The position numbers and the translations under genes were made by a program. A stretch of DNA of 64,000 nucleotides from Takakia lepidozioides (taxonomy: Eukaryota; Plantae; Bryophyta), in the NCBI GenBank assembly GCA_030704615.1, contig CM060732.1, positions 1,054,001 to 1,118,000 of the forward strand. The letters run 5' to 3'. Shown in pieces: positions 1-13,849 of this stretch (positions are counted from its first letter, which is position 1; each line of letters begins with the position of its first letter). The notes under the pieces were generated by a model. It saw only the letters and a program-made list of their open reading frames with translations. It was not told the origin of the DNA and did not search any database.

Positions 1-3000
1 TTGATTCCGTCCTTTCTTTTTCTGTTTACAAATTGGATCATAGATTTTAATTCTATAGGTTGTAAGCAGGCATACAACAACTTTTGCATACCTGGTGTGG
101 AAACCTTCAGCCATGCCATCTGGTTCAGGTGCAATCCAACCGCTACGAAATGTTTGTTCATCTTTCCCAGCACCTTGACTGTATCTTCAACATAAAAAAC
201 ACTATGTTACAAATGTGGCTTGAAGTGTGTTGGTTTATCAGTGCATCACTGTCTACAAGTATTTTTTGTCTTTGGAGTGCCTGTTCCTCTTATGTCATGC
301 TATTTATCGGGGTCAAATTTCTAGCTTTGCTTTTAGCTGGTCACCAGTGCTATATATGTGTCGTTTGTGTCCTCACACCTTACTTGCTTGGGTTCTCGGT
401 TGTGATACAATTGGGATCTGCCCTCCTTGCAGCGTGCAAACCTCCATGACAATTGGTGAGTTCCCCCAACCATAGCCATAAAGTTTTTGGCGTGAGATCA
501 TATGTTTCTTTTTGTAGGATATATTTGGAGTGAGGTCAAGGAATATGAGAGGACACACACATTCCCTGCCTGTTGACTGATTTGAACAGGGTAAACAGGT
601 TATGGTGGAGATCTTACGCCAGATCCACACTGCATGATGACAAATGTGATGGTCCTCATGCAGGCGCTGGCAAGTCTTCTTGTTGCTTACTCTCTCCTCG
701 GTGTCTTCTATGTGAGGTTAGTTCTTGTCTACACCTGAGTGTGATTTCACAGCTTTGTCTGACCTCTCTGACAGTAAGGGTTCTCAAGCTGTTAGAAGTT
801 GACTGTGGAGAGAACATTAAATGGTCTTTTCCACTAGGCCTGTTGAGTCTGGTGCGACTTATCAATCACCACGGCAACTTGATTGATGCATAACTGCTAA
901 AGACAATGTTTGTTTTGGAAACAAGGTGTTAAGTACTTCACTATGCAGTGCCAGTAGATTGTCCTGACTTCGTAATTACTGTAAGCTGCTTGTAAACAGA
1001 TTCGCTAGGCCAGCCCGACGGGCACAGACTTTGATCTTCAGCAGATTCATGGTGCTCCATGAGGTACTAATCAGCTCCTTGAGGTGTGGAACCAATGGTC
1101 TTCTGTTGCCCGTAGGAGCCTGTTTAGGATGTTCATGCTTGGGGGACACTGATTGTTCAGCTCCAGCCCAAAACCTCATTGTGGTCAGCACTGCCATGAA
1201 CCAGGAAGATGGAATTCCCATTGTAGCTTTTCGAATAGCGAACATTCGCAAACATCAGATTATTGAGGTTTGCAGACTTCCAACCCACTGCTAGTGTGTG
1301 ACATGTCAGTTTGAAAGCAATATGTCTTGTTGAGAACCAAACTTTATTCAATATTTGGGATGTGAAGGATCTACTCATGCAAAAATCTATTTTATTTTAG
1401 CCTGTAGGAAATGATAGACATCGTCACATGATTATCACATATGAATTTGGGGTACTTGGTCGACAGGCAAGGAAGTCTGAATTGCCTGCCAGAAATTTGA
1501 CTATGGCTTTGGGTGGTGGGTGGCAGGCTAATGTACGGTTGCTTGTTGCCCTCAACAACATCTTGACCGATGAAGATGAAAGCATGTTTCATTTTGTGGC
1601 CCTTCCGGTTTGTCTTTACTTCTATTCTCTGAGAGTCTGTACATAACATTCAGCATAGGCCCCAACCTCCTGTCATTTGAAATTTTCTCTTAGTCCCACA
1701 AACCCTTTGGGATTACAATGTTGTACAAATTTCCTCTTCCCCTTCCCTCTCTCCATCAGTCTCTACTGGAATCCTAAAGTCTTCTTCTCGACACTTCATT
1801 GGACTTGGGGGCAGGTCATTGGAGGGAGCCAGGTGTTTTTAGGGCTTCCATGTACAGTGAAGCACCCCATCACTTCCACCAGCCCCTTGTATGGTTTGAC
1901 ACTACATGTATGTGGATATACCATGTTTTGTTACAAGTCTCATGACATTTCTTCGAAGTTGCTAGCAACCACAAGACTTGAGAGAGATGTGCCAAGAGGG
2001 CATCGGAATGCTGCTTTCTAATTTCACAGACGTTACTTCTCTACTGGATCTGTGAAAATGACTCTCTGTGTTGGTCTGTCATGTGCTTGATATATTGCAG
2101 TTTGTGTTTTGGGAGATAACATTTTTTGTTATGGAAACAGGATCTTGAGGAAGCAGACATGGAGGTTCTGGTCCTGTTAGAGGGTGTAGATGCATCCACA
2201 TCTAGCAAGTTTCAGGGTATCTTCATGAGACTCTGCCAATAATTTTTGAGTTTTGCTTGCTTAGTGTTTTCTATTTGTCACCGGTGGTGACATCAGTACT
2301 ATTAGTATAGAGAGGCAGTCATTGCACACTTTACCAATATATCCATGAATATATAATGTCCTTTTTGGGAATTCTGTTTGGTTGTGCATGTACAATATGT
2401 GGACTTATTTTTCGCTGGCTTACTGTTCAAGGACAGTAGTGCAACGGCAAGCATCAGTTATCTTTAAGGGGGTACATAGACATCAACATTCCGTTTTTAA
2501 GGGTATTCCTGCAAGCTCTCAATGCTTGATTGCTGGCAGCACAGCCATTGCAACAAAGCTCAGCAGCTTCCTTTGTGATTGACATTTGTACTGCTTTGTA
2601 TTGGCAGCACGACATTCGTATAGGCCGACAGATATTCGCAAAGATTATCACTTTGAGTAAGAATGTCTTTGCCACCTTATGCAAGGTCTTCTTTTTCTGT
2701 TCCTCCAAACCTGAATTGCTGCTTGAAGTTCAAATGCCTATGCAGGTTGATCCTCATCTCTGTCAAGGATGATAAGTCTCTGAGCAAACAGAGGATATGC
2801 TCTCTTGCATATCATACTGAGACAAACAGACTGATCAGTTTTTGCTTAAGACATGGGGACTCCAAACCCTTGACACAAGTCTTTGTATTATTCTCTGTAT
2901 ATGGATTGCTGAAAAATACCATTCAAAATGGTGTCTAATCCTGAACACAGAAATAGCCTAGTTACAGCTGTAATTCTCCATACAAGGCTCATACCACATA

Positions 3001-5435
3001 ATCTATGTCACCAAGGCATTGCGAAAAAAATAGGTGTCGATATGTGCGTAGGTGCATTTGCTAGACTATTTTATCAAAGCTGAGTCTGTGGATCTTCGGG
3101 AAGTTACACAAGCATAAGAGTCAATAGCAGGGGGAAACGCTCATGATGACCTTGCAAAGACACAAGGTGTGACAATTGTCAATGCTGTAGTAAGTATACA
3201 CATCTTCCGACACATTTTATAAGCCCATTATGGCTAGGGGGAATTTGCCTTTGAAGTGTCTGTCTACTGATTAAAGTCATAGTATGGATGGAGTCATTTT
3301 CCTGTCACATTAGTTAGCACTACCATCTCTTTGTTCCGGTCCTGAAATGTTTTGCAAGTGGCTGGCCTGCGCTTGCAGGACAATGGTCATACGTATGCCA
3401 AGTGGACGCCGCTGTGCGGTGGGTCACACTATCTGAAGAGCTTCTAGTCTTTGTTAAGACTACTTGTTGAGACTACTTGTTTTGAAATTCAAGCTTGCAT
3501 TTACAGATTCAATCTTTGTAGAAGCTTTGGATTAAGATGTTTCTATTATAGCAGCACATAATGCATTGGAAGGAATATCGTTCTTGGACATGCAATGCTG
3601 TGAAACTCAATCTAGTGTATTGCCAAGCAGGACTTCACAAAGTTTGACTCTTTGTTGCCAGTCACATCTGTGCTGGTCACTAGGCCACTAACGCCCCATG
3701 CATCATTAGCCAATGTGCTGCCATCACACTCTCCTGGTGCTTTATTTGGTGGCCTCGAGTCTTTGGGGAATCTGGAGGAGTCAGAGGAATCCTCAGAAAG
3801 CTACAGCATTGCAGGGTCAAGCCCCCAGGGACCAAGAAGTACATTAGTAGGGACACCTACTTTTCAAGGCCATCGGCTCCCCTTAGCACTCAGGAGGCAA
3901 TCAACTGGGCAACTCCTTGGCACCCCCCCTCGAATAGTTCGCTTTGAGCCGAGACTGCATACTTCTGTGGATAAGAACATTTCACAAAGCATGCCTGATT
4001 TGTACAAAAATATGGATGACCTCTCGCCCAACAAACTGGAGGGCACAGAACAGGATATTGAACAGAGGGTATGTCCCTCTCCTTTTGGCCACTGATCAGT
4101 CTAGGTTCCAGGCCCATGGTTGTCTTCACTTGGGAGTGGTTGTCGCAATGGGACTGGGAAGGGCCCAAGCCTTGGGGCTCAGCCAAAAGAGGGGAACAGC
4201 GGAGGGAGATGAAGAGAGACTGATAAGTGCTCATCCCCTTTCAGAATTTATGGCTGAAATTGGAGTTGGGTGCAGCTCGCAATAGCAGAGGCAAGTGCGC
4301 AGGCATTGAAGCAGATGGTAGTCGAGCTAGCAACTCGTGTGCACCAAACTCTGCAGCAACCTTCAACTGCTGCTGATGCTGTTAGGGGGCCTCTTGTTGC
4401 CTGTGCGCAACAAGCCCTTTCCTTGGCAATGTCAGGTGAACTCCTGTCTTGAAGGCTCTGTTTCTAGTGATGTCATAGGTACATCACTGTAAATTACCGC
4501 AGACACATTCCATACTACAATTTCACATTGAAGGAGTGAGGATCTTGCAGGAAACACATTACAGTATACGGCATACTGCCATTCAATGTGCCTCTGGATC
4601 TTGTATTTGCATAAGTGGGGTGTGGTACTAAAGAGATGGTCACTGTTTTACACCATGCCAATCAAACAGCCTATCTCATAAGAATTGTTGTCATCATGGA
4701 TTTAGCAACGTCCACCCAAGAAACCTCCATCTGTATTATTATCTTATCAGCTACTTTTCCTTGTCTAACATTGATAGTTTTCTCACACAACCAGGGAATG
4801 AGCTACACCCAACAGACACCCTGGAATGTTTGGATTTTCTCTTTAGGGGAAAGAGGGAAGAGGAGGAGTATTTAGACGATTAGACAACCCCTCCCGAATT
4901 TGATGCACTTCTCAAAGAAGAGTTCACCTCTACCCATTCTGCCAGAGATTCCACTTAGTTCTAATTGACAAGGAATCCCACATGGAGCCACAGATGTCAT
5001 GCATGCAAGGTTCCCTATCCTACTTGTCAAGTCACTATCTTATGGCTGGTTCATGAGAGCTACCTGACATTCACCTCACTCAGATCGATTAATTTGAGCA
5101 TGTGAAAATGTTTAAACCATCATCAACACTACCTGCAATTTTTTTTAAATAGGTAGGGGGTGACAAGGGGCTCTGGGATCAAGGTGGTCCACATGCGTGG
5201 ACAATGGACAATGTTGATGGTGCAAAAATGATTCTAGTACATAGTAAGAGAGTTTCTAATTAGATAGGTTCAGGTTCCAAATTTTTATTGGCTCCTCCCT
5301 AAAGAGGAGACTACCCATCAGTGTCAAAAAAATGTCAACTCCCTGTTACACCTTTCCCAGATAACACCTGCCCTAAATGAACCTCTCCTCATATTACACC
5401 CGGGTCCTGCACTCCTCCGGAAAACATTTATGTAA

Positions 5436-5665
5436 TTTTATTTTTTATTTTATTTTTATTTTAAAAAAAAGGAAACTTGGGAACGACTGGTCACAATTCA
5501 GGCCCTTGAGGAGGGGGTAAAATTAACCCCCTTTCAGATAAGCCATTAGGCACACAAGTGGGGATTTGGAAACGTCACCACCAGACCAACCGGTCCAACT
5601 GGTGGTTTGAACCCCGAACCACCAGGGCGACACACTTTGCAATTACCAGCTGAGCTACCAGCTGA
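5436..5665 (-). mobile_element. tRNA-derived SINE-like element
   Basis: Minus strand reads GGTAGCTCAGCTGG (Pol III A box) ... GGTTCAAACC (B box), then about 130 bp of unrelated body and an A-rich tail (plus-strand T-rich 5436-5462). No convincing TSD and no full cloverleaf. Confidence 0.5.
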
Positions 5666-6074
5666 TGTGCAGAAATTGTATATTCTGTTTTTTATTATTA
5701 TTTTTAAATGGAAGCCCTGTTAATCAAATTAAAAATACGAGGAAAAAGGCGAGAATACAACTAGGGCTTTGCGTTGCTCTGCACTACTAGCGACGACTTC
5801 TGAGAAGGACGTCCAGACAGATGGGCCATACTCGAGGATCATGAGAGAGAGTACGGATCATGTAGCTTGCCAAAATGTCGGTCACACACTTCCGATTGGT
5901 GGGGGGGGGGGGGGAGGGAGTTGGAGGGGTTTTCCATGGGTCGTCTTGGTACAACAAGTAGATTTGGACTATGATAAATCAGTATTTTTTTATTATCTAT
6001 TGTGAGCATGCATTGGGACAAAATATAGACTTTTTGAAGAGGAGGAGGATGGTCTTTATAAAATATGGTGGCCC

Positions 6075-6808
6075 TTACATGGAACGTTTAGATGTGTCTA
6101 ATTTAAGCTCAACCAAGCTATGCGAAAAGCCACTCCAATCCAAAAATATATAATTTTTTCTCCAGTTGTCGTCATTCAACTCTGTCTCCTCTCGTGCTTT
6201 GGCCAACAGATTGACCCCTTTTAGTTGGAATGAAAGCCCGTGTTTCTTGTGACAGAAATTCATCCAATATCGGATGTTACACTTGACTGCAACGAGATCC
6301 CCTGAACATACGGATTCTCCATCCATTTTTTGGCCATTTTCGTTAAGGACTTCTATTGTATCGTACATCTCATCGTTGTTTGTTTTTTGACGTTTGTTGT
6401 TACCGGACGTCGAGCCAGAGTTGTTTGCGTTAGTTTTTAAGAGTTTTTTCGTGAAGCTCATGTTGTTTCCACCCATCCACGTCATGTCCTCGCCTCTCCT
6501 CCTCCAATTATCGAACCATTCTGTATTGTATTTGCGTAGTCGAACAAGAAATGGCTGTCTTCTATCAATATTGTGAATTTTGCATCTTTTAGTTCTTCGG
6601 CGAAAGTCACGAATCTGTAATTCCCGGTTTTGCCAAGGTAGGGGAATTTTGCAATACCTACGAAGATTGCTGTTTCTTCACGGTCCGAAGGGACGATCCA
6701 CAAGGCGCTGTGGAAGTTTGTACTATAGGGCAGGCGCTTCCATGTGTTCCCCACCTTTAGGGCATGATGGTCATTGGACATGAAACTGTCGTATATTACG
6801 TTTGTCAT
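6075..6808 (-). pseudogene. T7 gp2.5/Enc34-like single-stranded DNA-binding (OB-fold) protein, split by one frameshift near 6520
   Basis: ORFs 6482-6808 and 6075-6485 join via an upstream in-frame extension of the second ORF (EWFDNWRRRGED-M). The C-terminal part IEVLNENGQKMDGESVCSGDLVAVKCNIRYW...HGLSFQLKGVNLL...EETELNDDNW parallels the gp2.5-family pattern VVDxxGxxM...GG.x.V...SVxLQLxxVxLV + acidic tail. A TATA-like TATATA lies about 120 bp upstream. Confidence 0.5.
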
Positions 6809-7443
6809 GTCTTGGTGGGTTATTTCCTGGATTTGTTAGTCCGTTACAGTGTCTATTTTGACGTTGACATGGTTGTTTGTATGTATGGTGCAGAGAGAGA
6901 GAGAGAGAGGCAGGGGCAGATGAAAGTATATATCGGTGGGTTTTTTAGGAGAATTAAACCCTAAGAGTGCGACTTTAAAATTAATCATGCTAATCTATAG
7001 AACTGTGGCTTTCTCTCTCAGACCGAGGTTGATGCTACACCGCTTTGTTGGGAAGTTAGGTGGAAAGTGCGATGTAACAGTATGTTATATTCCTCTGCTT
7101 CACCTGTACCTGGAAGCATCATTCGATTAGGGACCCTCTCACAATCGGTTATTTTTTTAGCAGCAACACCTAGTGAAGACGGAAGGCCTAGTCCATTGAT
7201 GTTTGATTCAGGCCCAGCTATGCTGATTGAGGAATTCCAATAGGAGATGGCCCTTCACTTCTTGCTCACAATTGTTTTGTTCCTGTCATAAAACTAGAGA
7301 ACCTCACATCAGAATGTATAGGCTTACAAATAATTACAGATCCATCTGCACTGTTTCAGTGCTCAAAGACTGGCACAGGCATCAGAATACACATGAGGTT
7401 CACCTACCAGGCATCACCCATTCACAATCTCCAAAGCCTCCCT

Positions 7444-8935
7444 GCCAAACCCAGTACATAAACAGAGTACACATAAGTTCCTTGCTTTGCATCCTCAATG
7501 CACCCACATTGGGCATACATGTCCACCAGGGCAGAGTTCAGAATGACATCTGGTACAATTCCAACTTTGACAATGTCACCATAGACCTCTTTTGACCTTT
7601 TCCAGGGCTGCTAGGCTTGCACAAGCATTGCAATCACACAAAAACATGATGTGGTTGGGCTTCACCCCTTCCCCCATAATTTGATCATAGGTCTCCAAAT
7701 CCACCATCCCACGTCCCTGCTGTGCATACCCTGCGATGCTTGTGAGTGTGCACCTGCTTTCCAGCTTCCAGACCTTTCTTAGCGTGAATCCACATCAGAG
7801 TTTGTTGGCACTAGGAAAGGGTTGAGACTGAGCTGCTCAACTACTCCCTGGTCTTACTGGGCTTACGTAGTGTGCCAAGCACAACATCTGGTGCCAAAGC
7901 CTCCATCCAGTGCCCCTGCTGTGCATACCCTGCAAGCATCGAGTTCCACGACACCACATCTCGTTCAGCCATACTGTTCCCTTCATACATGTCCACGAGG
8001 GTATTGTTCAGAATGACATGTGGTACAATTGCAGCTCTGACAATGTCGCCATGGACCTCTTTGCCCTTCTCCAGAGCTGCCAGGCTTGCACACGCATTGC
8101 AAACTATCAAAGGTTCACTCAACCAGTAACTTGCAGAAATCAACATGAAAAGTTAAGGACGATTTCGATAATAGGGGAAAACAAGATGAAATGTTTTGAA
8201 GAAGGTGTCTTCATTAGCAGTGCCTGATTTTATGAATTGTGCCGCTGCTCATCATTCTTCTCACCAACTCCTGCTTTTACGATGCAACCATGCACCCCTT
8301 CGCTCATATCCAGGGCTGCCAGGCTTGCAAACACACAGACGTGATGTGGTCGGGCTTCACCCCTTCCCCCATCATTTGCTCATAGGTCTCCAAAGCCTCC
8401 ATCTCATGCCCCTGCTGTAAGCATTGCATTCCACGACACCACATTTCATTCAGCGATATAGTTGAACACTGCCTTCGCATCCTCGATGCTCCCACATTTG
8501 GCATACATGTCCACGAGGGCATTGTTCAGAATAACATGGGATACAATTCCAGCTTTGACGATGTCACCATGGACCCCTTTCCCCTTTTCCAGGGCTCCCA
8601 AGCTTGCACACGCATTGCAAACGCAAACTAGGGTGATGTGGTTGGCTTCACCCCTTCGCAGAGTACACATAAGTTCCTTGCTTTGCATCCTCAATGCACC
8701 CACATTTAGCATACATGTCCACCAGGGCAGAGTTCAGAATGACATCTGGTACAATCCCAGCTTTGACAATGTCAAGATGTGGCTGGACTTCACCCCTTCG
8801 CGCAGCATTTGCTCATAGGTCTCCAAAGCATTCCTACCACACCCATGCTTGGTAAATCCTGCCAACATTATATTCCACGTGATCAAAGATGTTGAGGCAT
8901 TCTGTTGAACACTTGGTGAGCATCCATGATGTTGA
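7444..8935 (-). pseudogene. PLS-class PPR fragments (partial duplicate of the adjacent PPR gene)
   Basis: Broken ORFs with [38 protein letters not shown] and [15 protein letters not shown], plus many frameshifts and deletions. 8125-8220 also duplicates 13243-13340. Confidence 0.85.
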
Positions 8936-9079
8936 ATCTGTCAAACCCTTATCTGATCCTCCAGCCCTCTCTGGCAATACATGATGGTCAAGACTCTCAG
9001 GAAATGGTGGATGGTCTGAATAGCTACATAGATCAATGAATGAAGCAAGACACTTGCATCTTGCCAAGAAAACATCCTT

Positions 9080-12000
9080 TCACCAGTAATCACCACAAGA
9101 ACAAATCCCATCTTCAAAGTGGTGAAAGCGGTTAGCGTACCACACCAATTGCTCGGCCAACAATCTTTGAGATGAATTTGGTGGAGGTGTGGCAGTCACC
9201 ACACACTAGAAGATTCTTGATGAGATGGAGAGGCGTCCTAGGGGTCGTGCTGATCAGCCCAAAACCAATGGCCAGCTTCTCACTGTGGTGGCAAAGACAA
9301 AATTCCTTTTCCTCCTCCCCCACATCATGCAATACAAAACACGTGTCAGGCACATACCCCGCCTCCTTTCATCTGCCCAGACAATCTTCTCACTGCTCAG
9401 CTCAGCATGGATTTCCTTAATTCTGGGATGCAACTTGTCATCTACAGCGAAGGTGTGCACCCTGTTGCCAACCTCAATGCAACAGCGACTTGGCTCCTTT
9501 CTAACCCCTCTGACCTTCAGCATTCTTCTCACCTTTGCAGTATCATCCCACCTGCCAGCATAGCAACACATAAGTCGCGGCATCCTGTTCATCCCATTTG
9601 AGGATAGATGTCGCTGCACGTTCAGCCATCTCCACATTGCCATGGATTCTGCAGGCACCAAGCAAGGCCTTCCACACCACAACATCTGGATTGATTGGCA
9701 TCTTATTAATCAGATCCACTGCATCATCCAGTTGTCCAAGAAGGTCCACCATACAGCCAAAGTGCTTTACTATTGGAGTGACACCATGATCTTGATTTCC
9801 TTCATTCAGTAGGCTAGTGTGGCTGCATGCAGAGAGAACACATATAAAGGTGAGACTGTCTGGCTTCAAGCCATTCTTTTGTATTCCTTCAAATAGTTGC
9901 AGGACCTCCCTATGACAACGATACTAGGCATATCCTGCGATCATCGCGTTCCACGACACCACATTTTGTTCAGCCATATTGTCGAACACTCCCTTCGCAT
10001 CCTCAATGCACCCACATTTGGCATACATGTCCACCAGGGCAGTGTACAATTCCAGCTTTGACGATGTCACCATGGACCTCTTTGCCCTTTTCCAGGGCTG
10101 CCAGGCTTGCACACACATTGCAAACGGAAACAAACGTGATGTGGTCAGGCTTCACCCCTTCCCCCATCATTTGCTCATAGGTCTCCAAAGCCTCCATCCC
10201 GCGCCCTTGTTGTGCATACCCTGCAATCATCGCACTCCACGGTCACACCAAATGTCATTCAGCCATACTGTCAAACACTCCCTCCGCATCCTCAATGCAC
10301 CCACATTTTACATAGTGTTGAGAACTCCCTTCGCATCCTTGGCATGAATCCACTTTGGATAATGTGTGTGTTCACCTGCTTTCCAGTTTCCAGACCTTTC
10401 ATCTTGATGCACTTAAGCAAGAGACAGACAAACGTATCTGAATCTGCTGAAATGCCTCCCACATTTGGTATACATGTCCACGAGGGTAGAGTTCATAATG
10501 ACATGTGGTACAATTCCAGCTTTTGCAATGCAACCATGCACCTCTTTGCCCTTTTCCAGGGCTGCCAGGCTTGCACATGCACAGACGTGATGTGGTTGGG
10601 CTTCACCCCTTCCCCCATCATTTGATCATAGGTCTCCAAAGCCACCATCCCACGTCCCTTCTGTGCATACCCTGCAAGCATCGCGTGCCACGACACCACA
10701 TCTTGTTCAGCCATAGTGTCGAAAACTCCCTTCGCATCCTCGGCGTGAATCCACTTTGGATAATGTGAGTGTGCACTTGCTTTCCAGCTTCCAGACCTTT
10801 CATCTTAATAAACTTAAGCAAGAGACAGACAAACATATCTGAATCTGCTGAAATGCCTCCCACATTTGACATACATGTCCACGAGGGAAGAGTTCAGAAT
10901 GACATCTGGTACAATTCCAGATTTGACAATGTCACCATGGACCTCTTTGCCCTTTTCCAGGGCTACCAGACTTGCACAAGCATTGCAATCACACACAAAC
11001 GTGATGTGGTTAGGCTTCACCCCTTCCCCCATCATTTGATCATAGGTCTCCAAAGCCACCAACCCACGCCCCTGCTGAGCATACCCTGCAAGCATTGCGT
11101 GCCACGACACCACATCTTGTTCAGCCATAGTGTTGAAAACTCCCTTCGTATCCTTGCACTTTGGATAATGTGCACCTGCTTTCCAGCTTCCAGACCTTTC
11201 ATCTTGATGCACTTAAGCAAGAGACAGACAAACGTATCTGAATATGATGAAATGCCTCCCACATTTGGCAGACATGTCCACTAGGGTATCGGTCAGAATG
11301 ACATCTGGTACAATTCCAGCTTTCACAATGCAACCATGGACCTCTTTGCCCTTTTCCAGGGCTGCCAAGCTTGCACATGCATTGCAATCACACACAAACA
11401 TGATGTGTTTGGGCTTCACCCCCTTCCCCCATCATTTGATCATAGGTCTCCAAAGCCACCATCCCACGTCCCTGCTGTGCATACCCTGCAAGCATCGCGT
11501 GCCACGACACAACATCTTGTTCAGCCACAGTGTTGAAAACTCCCTTCGCATCTGGTACAATTGCAGCTTTCGCGATGCAAACATGGACCTCTTTGCCCTT
11601 TTCCAGGGCTGCCAGGCTTGCACACGCATTGCAAATGCACACAAACGTGATGTGGTTGGCCTTCACCCCTTCACACATCATTTGATCATAGGTCTCCGAG
11701 GCCACCATCCCACGTCCCTGCTGTGCATACCCTGCAAGCATCGCATGCCACGACACCACATCTTGTTCAGCCACAGCATCGAAAACTCCCTTCGCATCCT
11801 CAATGCACCCACATTTGGCATACATGTCCACCAGGGCAGTGTTCAGAATGCTTTGACGATGTCACCATGGACCTCTTTTCCCCTTTTCCAGAGCTCCCAG
11901 GCTTGCATACGCATTGCAATCACAAACAGATGTGATGTGGTTGGGCCTCACCCCTTCGTGCAGCATTTGCCCATAGGTCTCCAAAGCATTCCTACCACAC

Positions 12001-12420
12001 CCATGCTTGGTAAATCCTGCCAACATTATATTCCACGTGATCAAAGATCGATCGTTGAGGCATTCGGTTGAACACTTGGTGAGCATCCATGATGCTCCCG
12101 CACTTAACACATACATGTTGACAAGGGTGTTAAGGAGAAAAACACTTGGTGTGAATCCACTTTGGATAATGTGAGTGTGCACCTGCTTTCCAGCTTCCAG
12201 ACCTTTCATCTTGATGCACTTAAGCAAGAGACAGACAAACATATCTGAATCTGTTGGAATGCCTCCAACAGATTTGGCATACATGTCCACGAGGGTATTG
12301 TTCAGAATGACATCTGGTACAATTCCAGCTTTCCCAATGCCACCATGCACCTCTTTGCCCTTTTCCAGGGCTGCCAGGCTTGCACATGCATTGCAGATGC
12401 AAACAAACGTTATGTGGTTG
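9080..12420 (-). pseudogene. PLS-class PPR-E-DYW RNA-editing factor pseudogene with internal rearrangements
   Basis: Repeated P/L/S motifs, an E domain (VWKALLGACRIHGNVEMAERAA), DYW motifs HSEKLA and CGDCH, and terminal RFHHFEDGICSCGDYW-stop (stop 9080-9082). Many frameshifts and duplicated modules. Confidence 0.93.
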
Positions 12421-13849
12421 GGCACGAGCATCGCGTACCCCACACCTTTTCCAGAGATCCCAGGCTTGCACACGCATTGCAAACACAAACAAATGTCGAG
12501 CTTTTTTCTCCTCATCTCTGCTATCTGTTTTTGTCAAAGTCATTCCAAACTACCACAGATCCACCCAACGAGCTAACTTACAGAATTCAATATGCATCTC
12601 AGGCCGAGTTTGATGAGAGGGAAAAACAGGCTGAAATAGGTTGAAGAAGAAGGTGCCTTCACCACATTGTCCTTGACATTTCAGTATGCATCTCAGGGCA
12701 GAGTCTGATGAGAGGGCAAAACAGGTTGAAATAGGTCGAAGAAGAAGGTGCCCTCACCACATTGGCCTTGACCTTGTGGCATGACCCATGGAGGATTTGA
12801 CCATCAACCCAAAAGGACCTCTTATGTGTGCTGCTTGTGTCTGTAGTCAGGTAATGTTGGATTGGTCTGTGAGAACCACCACGGTGCAGCAGAGCAGGCA
12901 GAGATTGAAACACAACCTGCTAAGACCAAGCTGACTTGAAGGATGGACAAACTTCTTCACTTCGCAGCTAGCCAGCATTCTAACCTCTGTACCCTTCCAT
13001 AAATATGACCATGAACATTTTGCTGGATTACATCTGCCTGTACCCTATAATAATCTCAGCACTTGTGACATCAAATAAGGAAAAAAATGGAAGACATACC
13101 TTCAGTACTTTTGCAGATACCAGGACATCGGAAACGTATTCGTTCCAGAGCTTCTCCTCGTTTCTGTTATCTGTTTTCCGATACTTTCCTGTTCCGACAT
13201 TGGCAGTAACATGTCAAAATCACTCCAACCACCTTAGATCCACCAACGAGCTAACTTGCAGAATTCAACATGAAAATTTAGGGACGACTCTGATAACACG
13301 GAAAAACAGGTTGAAATGTGTTTAAGAAGGTGCCTTCATGCATTCAATTGTGCTGCTGCCGCTGCTTTTTCCAGTTGACCATCTACCCACGCAGATTTCT
13401 TGTAGCTATGGATCCACAGGGAAATAAGAAGTAATCTTCTGTTTGAATCCGGCCTTGGCCTATGAAATTGATGCAATGTGGGACGATGATTGGTAATGGC
13501 GTTCACAAGCCTAAGCAAGCAAAATGATGTGATCTGCGGAGCCTTTGCAGGAAAACCGAAGCCGAAAAGCCACTGTTTGCATTGAGCAGCGAGACTGTTG
13601 AGGGCTTGCAGCTTGCAAGGTGAACGATGGCGGAAAATGTAGAGCTCCTGCAATTCAAGAACTTCAAGAACCGGGCAATCCGGGCACACTCCGAAAAAAC
13701 TTGGCGCTTTGGGGCTTTTCGGGCGGGCAGTCCGGGCAGATAGAAAGAAATTGACGACGTACAAAACGTGGCGACAACAGGTGGCTACGATGATGTGGCA
13801 CTGGCACCCTATTCCTGCTCTACGCTAAAATCTGGCGAGAACAATCTAT

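Noticed and set aside
1-5400. Short ORFs, possibly a decayed transposon or gene
   Set aside because: No recognisable motif or consistent frame, so no call can be supported.
5590-5665. tRNA gene
   Set aside because: A and B boxes are present but there is no acceptor or anticodon stem pairing; treated as a SINE head.
7227-12644. Plus-strand ORFs over the PPR region
   Set aside because: Antisense shadows of the repetitive PPR coding sequence.
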